Shown here in pieces: positions 54,374 to 60,849 of a stretch of DNA of 60,849 bases. The notes beneath the pieces were generated by a model. It worked only from the letters and a program-made list of their open reading frames with translations. It had not been told where the DNA came from and ran no database searches. The DNA comes from Acidobacteriota bacterium. GTDB lineage: Bacteria > Acidobacteriota > Polarisedimenticolia > Gp22-AA2. The stretch lies in the NCBI GenBank assembly GCA_041486695.1, contig JBGPLZ010000003.1, positions 1-60,849 of the forward strand. Direction: 5' to 3'. The position numbers were made by a program, and so were the translations under genes. Numbering within the stretch: the first letter of the stretch is position 1; every line of letters begins with the position of its first letter.

Positions 54374-55651
54374 ATGACGCAGGTCACGGACGGAATCAGG
54401 AAGGATGTTTTCCCCAACGGTCTGGTGCTCATCACCGAGCGGATGCCGAACATCCGCTCGGTCGCCCTCGGCGTCTGGCTGAAGAAGGGCTCGCGGCACG
54501 AGGCCGAGTCCGAAAACGGCATCTCCCACTTCATCGAGCACCTGCTGTTCAAGGGCACCGAGACGCGCACCGCGAAGGACATCGCTCTGACCATCGACTC
54601 GGTCGGGGGGCAGATGGACGCCTTCACGACCAAGGAGTACACCTGCTTCTACTTCAAGGTCCTCGACGAGCACCTCGATATCGCCGTCGATCTGCTGTCG
54701 GAGATCGTCAGGCGGCCGAAGTTCGTGCCGGAGGAGATCGAGAAGGAGCGCAAGGTCATCTTCGAAGAGATCAAGATGGTGGACGACACCGCCGACGAGC
54801 TGGTCTACGACCTGTGGAGCGCGTCGTTCTACCAGGGGCACGCGCTCGGCCGTCCGATCCAGGGAACGATCGAATCGGTCGGCCGCATGCAGCCGGATCA
54901 GCTGATCCGTTTCTTCCGGGAGTCGTACCAGCCGGGCAATCTCTTGATCACGGCCGCCGGCAATCTGAACCACGATCGGCTGGCGGAGGCGATCCGGCGG
55001 GCCTTCGATCCGCTCGGCAACGGCGCCCCGCCGCCGCGCGATGCGCCCCCCTCGAGCCGCGCCGACATCGTGGTGCGCGAGAAGAAGGAGCTCGGCCAGC
55101 TGCATCTGTGCCTCGGAGTGCCGGCGATGCCGATGCCCGACGACCGGCGCTATCAGGGATATGTCCTGAACACGCTTTTTGGCGGCACCATGTCGTCGCG
55201 TCTGTTCCAGCACATCCGGGAAGAGCGTGGGCTCGCCTACTCGGTCTTCTCCTCGATCAACTCGTACTTCGATGCCGGCAACCTGACGGTCTACGCCGCC
55301 ACCTCGCCCGAGACGGCCCGGGAGGTGATCGACCTGGTCTTCAAGGAGCTCCGTCGGCTCAAGGACGAGAAGGTGCCCGACAGCGAGCTCCAGGTGGCGC
55401 GCGATAATTTGAAGGGGAGCCTCATGCTCTCCCTGGAGAGCTCGAGCAGCCGGATGTCGAACCTCGCCCGCCAGGAGGTCTACTTCGGCCGGCAGTTCAC
55501 CCTGGGCGAGATCCTGGAGGGGATCGAGGTGGTCACCTCCGACGATCTGCTGCGCCTGGCGCGCGCCATCTTCGACGCCCGGCAGTGCACCGTCGCGGCC
55601 CTCGGCAAGACCGACGGGCTGCGGCTCGACCGCATCGACCCGGTGTTCTGA
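54374..55651 (+). CDS. M16-family zinc peptidase (pitrilysin-like)
   Basis: Start MTQVTDG at 54374. Inverted zinc motif [14 protein letters not shown] (HxxEH), EIKMVDD. Confidence 0.9.
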   Translation: MTQVTDGIRKDVFPNGLVLITERMPNIRSVALGVWLKKGSRHEAESENGISHFIEHLLFKGTETRTAKDIALTIDSVGGQMDAFTTKEYTCFYFKVLDEHLDIAVDLLSEIVRRPKFVPEEIEKERKVIFEEIKMVDDTADELVYDLWSASFYQGHALGRPIQGTIESVGRMQPDQLIRFFRESYQPGNLLITAAGNLNHDRLAEAIRRAFDPLGNGAPPPRDAPPSSRADIVVREKKELGQLHLCLGVPAMPMPDDRRYQGYVLNTLFGGTMSSRLFQHIREERGLAYSVFSSINSYFDAGNLTVYAATSPETAREVIDLVFKELRRLKDEKVPDSELQVARDNLKGSLMLSLESSSSRMSNLARQEVYFGRQFTLGEILEGIEVVTSDDLLRLARAIFDARQCTVAALGKTDGLRLDRIDPVF

Positions 55652-55671
55652 GCGAACGGCGGAGGTCCGTG

Positions 55672-56175
55672 GTGGCTGAGGCGCGGCAGGGCCGGGAGCG
55701 CGGGGTCGACGGGGATGGCGATCGTCTCGTCGTGCCGGTCGCGCGCATGCCGGGGAACGCCGACCTGCCGCTCCCGGAGCAGGCCACTCCCGGGAGCGCC
55801 GGTCTCGATCTGCGCGCCTGCCTGAGGGCGCCAGCCGTCCTCGAGCCGGGAAGGCGCGCCCTGATCCCGACCGGCTTCTCGATCGCGCTGCCGGAGGGCT
55901 ACGAGGCCCAGGTCCGCCCCCGCAGCGGCCTGGCGCTGCGCGACGGACTAACCCTCCTCAACTCGCCCGGCACGATCGACTCCGATTACCGCGGCGAGAT
56001 CGCGGTGATCGTGATCAATCTCGGCCAGGAGCCGGTCACGCTGAGGCGCGGCGATCGGATCGCCCAGCTGGTCATCGCGCCGGTCGCCACGCCACACGCC
56101 CGCCTCCTGCCCGTCGAACGGCTGCCGCCGACCGGTCGCGGCCCCGGGGGGTTCGGCCACACCGGTCGGGCGTAA
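55672..56175 (+). CDS. dut: dUTP diphosphatase
   Basis: [42 protein letters not shown]. The start is uncertain (GTG at 55669/55672 after GGAGG, or a later GTG). Confidence 0.88.
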   Translation: MAEARQGRERGVDGDGDRLVVPVARMPGNADLPLPEQATPGSAGLDLRACLRAPAVLEPGRRALIPTGFSIALPEGYEAQVRPRSGLALRDGLTLLNSPGTIDSDYRGEIAVIVINLGQEPVTLRRGDRIAQLVIAPVATPHARLLPVERLPPTGRGPGGFGHTGRA

Positions 56176-56182
56176 TCACATC

Positions 56183-57721
56183 ATGGCGTCGCCCCGGAAC
56201 GGACGTCGGCTCATCTGGATCCCGGTCGCGCTCGGGGTTCTGCTGATCCTGGGCATCGGGATCGTGCTGCTGCGCCGCGGCGCCGGCGGAACCCCTCCGA
56301 ATACGGACGAGGGCCCGATCCCCGAGGGGCTCGACGTGGCCCTGATGCGCGAACGCTGCGCCTCCTGCCATCTCTTCCCGGAGCCGGCGATTTTGCCGCG
56401 CTGGGCCTGGGGAAACATCATTGCTGACATGTACAGGATCCTCGATCTCTCCGAGGAGCTGCCGCACGATAAGGTCCTGGAGTGGTATCGGAAACGGGCG
56501 CCGGAGTCGTTCCCGCTCCGCCGCGTGGAGCCCGGCGCGGGGCCGGGGGCCCTGAAGGTCGAGCGCTATCCGTATGCCCCCGCCGGCGCCTACCGACATC
56601 ACGCTGCCTCGAACGTCCGCCTCCTCGACCTGTGGGGGGACGCGAGGCTCGAGATGATCGTCACCGACATGTCGAACGGACTGGTGCTCGTCGGGGAGCC
56701 GTACCGTGGTAACGGACGGCTCTCCATCATCGCCACGATTCCGAATCCAGCGCACAGCGAGGTGGTCGATCTCGACCGCGACGGTCGCCGCGACCTGGTG
56801 GTCGCGAACCTCGGCTCGCTCCCCCCCGGCGATCACGATAAGGGGAGCGTCGTCTGGCTGCGTGCGAAGCCCGATGGAACGTTCCAGAACATCGTGCTGG
56901 TCGGCGGTCTCGGAAGGGTTGCCGATGTTCAGCCGGCCGACTTCGACGGCGACGGCGATACCGACCTCGCCGTGGCCGAGTTCGGCTGGCGCACCACCGG
57001 CCGCGTCCTGCTGCTCGAGAACCGGACGACCGACTGGAGCCGCCCGGAGTTCGTGCTGCACGAGCTCGATCCCCGTCACGGCTCCATCCATGTGCCGGTC
57101 ATCGACCTCAACGGCGACGGCCGGCCGGATCTCATCGCCTTGATCTCCCAGGAGCACGAAACCATCGCGGCCTACATCAATCTCGGGGGGCTGCGCTTCG
57201 AGACCCGCGAGCTGTTTCACGCGCCGCACCCCGCCTGGGGCTACTCCGGCCTGAGCCTCGCCGATCTCGATGGTGACGGGGATCTCGATCTCCTGGCGAC
57301 CAACGGCGACGCATTCGACGCCAGTGGTCCCAAGCCTTATCACGGCGTGCAGTGGTTCGAGAACCGGGGCGGCCTGGCCTTCGTGCCGCGCGATCACTGG
57401 CCTCTCACCGGCGCGTTTCGGGCGGAAGCCGCCGATCTCGACGGGGACGGTGATCTCGACATCGTCGCCTGCTCTCTCATCAACGCTCCCCCCGGCAGCG
57501 CCCCGCCCCCCCTCGACGCCGTCACCTGGTTCGAGCAGGTTGCACCGGGCCGTTTCGCCCGCCATCCGCTCGAAGTGGCGCTTCCGGACCATGCGACGCT
57601 CTCGGTCGGTGACTATGACAAGGACGGCGACGTCGATTTCGCCGTCGGCAACTTCGTCATTCCCGGTCGCGGCGCGGCGCGCCCCGACTGGGTCGTGCTC
57701 TGGGAAAACAAGCTCCATTAG
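56183..57721 (+). CDS. Membrane-anchored FG-GAP/VCBS-repeat protein with an N-terminal CxxCH (heme-c-type) motif
   Basis: TM LIWIPVALGVLLILGIGIVLL. CASCH at residues ~59-63. At least six repeats of the D.D.DG..D type (VDLDRDGRRDLVV, ADFDGDGDTDLAV, IDLNGDGRPDLIA, ADLDGDGDLDLLA, ADLDGDGDLDIVA, GDYDKDGDVDFAV). Confidence 0.8.
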   Translation: MASPRNGRRLIWIPVALGVLLILGIGIVLLRRGAGGTPPNTDEGPIPEGLDVALMRERCASCHLFPEPAILPRWAWGNIIADMYRILDLSEELPHDKVLEWYRKRAPESFPLRRVEPGAGPGALKVERYPYAPAGAYRHHAASNVRLLDLWGDARLEMIVTDMSNGLVLVGEPYRGNGRLSIIATIPNPAHSEVVDLDRDGRRDLVVANLGSLPPGDHDKGSVVWLRAKPDGTFQNIVLVGGLGRVADVQPADFDGDGDTDLAVAEFGWRTTGRVLLLENRTTDWSRPEFVLHELDPRHGSIHVPVIDLNGDGRPDLIALISQEHETIAAYINLGGLRFETRELFHAPHPAWGYSGLSLADLDGDGDLDLLATNGDAFDASGPKPYHGVQWFENRGGLAFVPRDHWPLTGAFRAEAADLDGDGDLDIVACSLINAPPGSAPPPLDAVTWFEQVAPGRFARHPLEVALPDHATLSVGDYDKDGDVDFAVGNFVIPGRGAARPDWVVLWENKLH

Positions 57722-57850
57722 GAGCCCCGCCGGGTCGCGGGAGGGGCCGCGCCGGGGCCGGGGATCCTGTAGAATAAAGTTTCGTCGTCGCCCACCCCGG
57801 CCGTTGCCGGTGCGGGCGCCGGGCGAGTTGGTGGCGGATCTGGGAGGCGG

Positions 57851-58642
57851 ATGGCGATCCGGCTGGCGGTCTTGGGAAGCGGCAGCGCCGGGAACGCAAC
57901 CTGCATCGAAGCCGGGGGGGCGCGTATCCTCATCGACGCCGGCTTCTCCAGCCGCGAGCTCGGCGGTCGCCTGAATGCGGTCGGCGTCGAGCCGCACCGC
58001 CTCGACGCTCTGGTGATCACCCACGAGCATGCCGACCACATCCGCGGCGCCTCGCTCTTCTCGCGCACTCATAAGATCCCCGTCTACTGCACCGCCGCCA
58101 CCTTCCGCGCCGCCAGCCTCGACCGCCAGGGAGTCCACGCGCACGTTCCGGTGGAGCCGGGCGTGCGGTTCGCCATCGGAGGGATGTGGCTGGCGCCGTT
58201 CCTTTTGCCGCACGACGCGGTCGAAACGGTCGGCTACGCCGTCGACTGCGACGACGGCCGAGTTGGTTACGCCACCGACCTGGGGCACGGCGCCGACGCG
58301 GTGCGCGAGGGGCTAAAGGACTGCGACCTGCTGGTGCTGGAATCGAACCACGATGAGGGGATGCTGCGCGACGGACCATACCCGAAAGCGGTGAAGGATC
58401 GGGTCCGCTCGCGGCATGGCCACCTCGATAACGACAGCGCCGCCGAGCTCATGTGCTCGGTCGCAGGCGAAAGGACCCGCACCGTTGTGCTGGCCCACCT
58501 GAGCCGCACCAACAACCGGCCCGACCTGGCGCTGCGCGCGGCGCGGCAGGAATTCGCCCGCGCCGGCCGGCGCGCCCCGGCCCTCCATCCCGCCGACCAG
58601 TGGTCCCCCAGTCCCTGGTTCGAGATCGGAGCCGCGCGATGA
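57851..58642 (+). CDS. MBL-fold metallo-hydrolase
   Basis: LGSGSAGNA, LVITHEHADHIRG (HxHxDH), SNHD, GHLDN. Confidence 0.85.
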   Translation: MAIRLAVLGSGSAGNATCIEAGGARILIDAGFSSRELGGRLNAVGVEPHRLDALVITHEHADHIRGASLFSRTHKIPVYCTAATFRAASLDRQGVHAHVPVEPGVRFAIGGMWLAPFLLPHDAVETVGYAVDCDDGRVGYATDLGHGADAVREGLKDCDLLVLESNHDEGMLRDGPYPKAVKDRVRSRHGHLDNDSAAELMCSVAGERTRTVVLAHLSRTNNRPDLALRAARQEFARAGRRAPALHPADQWSPSPWFEIGAAR

Positions 58643-59937
58643 TCGCCCGTTACGCCCGGCCCGAGATGAGCCGCATCTGGGACGAGGGGCGCCGGCTGCA
58701 GAGGTGGCTCGACGTCGAGCTGGCGGTCTGCGACGCGCTGGCGGCGGCCGGGACGATCCCGAAAGCCGCCGCCGCCAATATCCGCGCCCGGGCGCGCTTC
58801 GACGCGGAGCGGGTGCGGACCATCGAGGCGACGGTGCAGCACGACGTCATCGCCTTCCTGACCAACGTCGCGGAGCACGTCGGTCCCGAGGCCCGCTACA
58901 TCCATCTCGGCCTGACGAGCAACGACGTGGTCGATACGGCCCAGGCCCTGCAGATGGTCGAGGCCGCCGATCTGCTGATCGCCGATCTGGAGGCGCTGGC
59001 GAAGGCTCTCGAGACCCGGGCCTTCGAGCACAAGAACACCGTCATGGTGGGCCGGACGCACGGCATGCACGCCGAGCCGACCACCTTCGGCCTGAAGCTC
59101 GCCCTGTTCCACGCCGAGGTGCGGCGCGACCTCGAGCGGCTGCAGGCGGCGCGCCGCCGCATCGCCGTCGGCAAGCTGTCGGGGGCCGTCGGGACCTTCG
59201 CCCATCTCGAGCCGGAGATCGAAGCGGCGGCGCTGCGATCCCTCGAGCTCGAGCCGGTGGCGATCGCCTCGCAGGTCGTGCAGCGCGACCGCCACGCCGA
59301 GTTCGTGGCCGCCATCGCCCTCGCGGCGACCTCGATCGAGAAGTTCGCCACCGAGTTCCGCCATCTGCAGCGGTCCGAGGTGGGAGAGGTCGAGGAACCG
59401 TTCGGCCAAGGCCAGAAAGGATCCTCGGCGATGCCGCACAAGAGGAATCCGATCGGCTGCGAGCAGATGAGCGGCCTGGCGAGGCTGTTGCGCGGCTATC
59501 TTCAGACGGCGCTCGAGAACGTGCCGCTCTGGCACGAGCGCGACATCTCCCATTCCTCGGCCGAAAGAGTCATCCTGCCCGACGCGACCATCGTCCTCGA
59601 TTACATGGCGCACCGCTTCACGCGCATTGTCTCCGGCCTGGTCGTTCACGCGGACGCGATGCACCGCAACCTCGAGGCGAGCCGCGGCTTGATCTACTCC
59701 GGCACGGTCCTGCTGGAGCTGGCGAAGCAAGGCGTGTCGCGCGAGGAGGCCTACTCCTGGGTGCAGGCGGCGGCGATGCTGGCCCTCGCCGGCCGGGGCG
59801 ATTTCCAGGCGCTGCTGAAAGCCGATCCGAATCTCGGCCGCGTCCTGCCGGGTGCCGAGATCGACCGCTGCTTCGACTTGGCCCGCCACCTTCGCCACGT
59901 CGACACGCTCTTCAAGCGGGTCTTCGGGCGGGCTTAA
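58639..59937 (+). CDS. purB: Adenylosuccinate lyase
   Basis: Start MIARYARPEM at 58639 (ATGA overlap). HLGLTSNDVVDTA, GRTHGMHAEP, GSSAMPHKRNP signature. Confidence 0.93.
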   Translation: MIARYARPEMSRIWDEGRRLQRWLDVELAVCDALAAAGTIPKAAAANIRARARFDAERVRTIEATVQHDVIAFLTNVAEHVGPEARYIHLGLTSNDVVDTAQALQMVEAADLLIADLEALAKALETRAFEHKNTVMVGRTHGMHAEPTTFGLKLALFHAEVRRDLERLQAARRRIAVGKLSGAVGTFAHLEPEIEAAALRSLELEPVAIASQVVQRDRHAEFVAAIALAATSIEKFATEFRHLQRSEVGEVEEPFGQGQKGSSAMPHKRNPIGCEQMSGLARLLRGYLQTALENVPLWHERDISHSSAERVILPDATIVLDYMAHRFTRIVSGLVVHADAMHRNLEASRGLIYSGTVLLELAKQGVSREEAYSWVQAAAMLALAGRGDFQALLKADPNLGRVLPGAEIDRCFDLARHLRHVDTLFKRVFGRA

Positions 59938-59943
59938 GGCCGT

Positions 59944-60849
59944 TCAGAGGATCCGCTGACCCAGGGCCGACAGGATCAGCTCGGCGCCGATCTCCGCGGA
60001 CAGGTTGCGCACGTCGAGGATGGGGTTGAGCTCGGCGACGTCGATCCCGACGAGGCGGCCGGTGTCGGACACCATCTCGCACAGAAGATGCGCCTCGCGG
60101 TAGGAGAGGCCCCCGCGCACCGGGGTCCCGACGCCGGGCGCGACCTCGGGGTCGAGACCGTCCAGATCGAGGCTCAGATGAATCCCCCCGACGGAAGCGA
60201 GAATCGCTCCCAGGGCCTCCTCGAGGATCGCGGCGACGCCGCGCCGGTCGATGTCGGACATGGTGTAGGCCCGCACGCCGCTGTTGCGGACCAGGCTCTT
60301 CTCCCGATCGTCGAGATTCCGCAGGCCGATCAGGATCACGTCCTCGCTCCGCACGCTTGCGCCGCCGCCGAGCGCCACCAGCTCGTCGGGGCCGTGTCCA
60401 AGACAGGCGGCAAGAGGCATCCCATGGACGTTTCCCGAAGGGGAGGTCTCGGGGGTGTTCATGTCGGCGTGGGCGTCCACCCAGACCACCCCGAGGCGCG
60501 CTCCGCGGCTCTTGAGAGCCCGCGCGACTCCCGCGATCGAGCCGGCGGCGAGCGAGTGGTCGCCGCCGAGACTGATCGGGATCCGGCCCGCCGCGACCGA
60601 CTCGGCCGCCAGATCGGCGAGCCGGCCGCAGGCGGCCGCGATTTCGGTGACATAACGCTTGCGGGGGTCGCCGGGGCTGCGTTCCTCCGGAATCGGCACG
60701 TCGACGTCACCGCGATCGATGACCGACAGCCCGAGCGCCTCGATCCGCTTCGACAGACCGGTCAGACGGAAGGCCGACGGCCCCATGTCGACGCCGCGGC
60801 GGCTGCCGCCCATGTCGAGGGGAACGCCTATTAAATGAACGGGCGGAGG
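59944..60849 (-). CDS. Arginase/agmatinase/formiminoglutamase-family ureohydrolase; 5' end runs off the right edge
   Basis: The minus-strand frame stays open upstream of the listed Met (PPPVHLIGVPLD MGGSRRG..). SLGGDHS, WVDAHADMN, HLSLDLDGLDP are the Mn-binding motifs. Confidence 0.85.
   Translation of the reverse strand, partial: PPPVHLIGVPLDMGGSRRGVDMGPSAFRLTGLSKRIEALGLSVIDRGDVDVPIPEERSPGDPRKRYVTEIAAACGRLADLAAESVAAGRIPISLGGDHSLAAGSIAGVARALKSRGARLGVVWVDAHADMNTPETSPSGNVHGMPLAACLGHGPDELVALGGGASVRSEDVILIGLRNLDDREKSLVRNSGVRAYTMSDIDRRGVAAILEEALGAILASVGGIHLSLDLDGLDPEVAPGVGTPVRGGLSYREAHLLCEMVSDTGRLVGIDVAELNPILDVRNLSAEIGAELILSALGQRIL

Overview
Visibly GC-rich bacterial chromosomal window with dense coding and many ATGA/GTGA start-stop overlaps. 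The long Arg/Gly/Pro-rich antisense ORFs in the track are shadow ORFs. No rRNA, tRNA or CRISPR array was recognised. Left to right: (1) a partial secreted beta-helix/DUF11 repeat protein and a hybrid histidine kinase; (2) a decayed DDE-transposase (IS-like) gene with an in-frame TAG; (3) an ~18.6 kb tetrahydromethanopterin/methanofuran (H4MPT/MFR) formaldehyde-oxidation island (fae, mtd, mch, fhcBADC and about 12 cofactor-biosynthesis genes); (4) a methyl-accepting chemotaxis protein (MCP) transcribed divergently from fhc; (5) housekeeping genes (nrdR, hsp20-lon, thiL); (6) an ECF sigma/anti-sigma pair heading a ~13 kb hybrid type II secretion / type IV pilus-like (T2SS/T4P) cluster with unusual domain fusions; (7) a compact ask-hom-asd-thrB-thrC threonine operon behind a promoter/short-ORF/terminator leader; (8) an M16 peptidase, dut, a CxxCH + FG-GAP protein, an MBL hydrolase, purB and a partial arginase-family gene. 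The most unusual signals are two ~160 bp elements, each closed by a perfect 29-30 bp inverted repeat. One lies in the fhcB/MCP divergent promoter region. The other sits exactly in frame inside the leader-peptide coding region of a GspG-like pseudopilin gene. The non-canonical secretion/pilus cluster is the best candidate for an under-described system. No clearly novel defence or toxin system was seen. All family assignments come from motif reading by eye and need HMM or BLAST confirmation.
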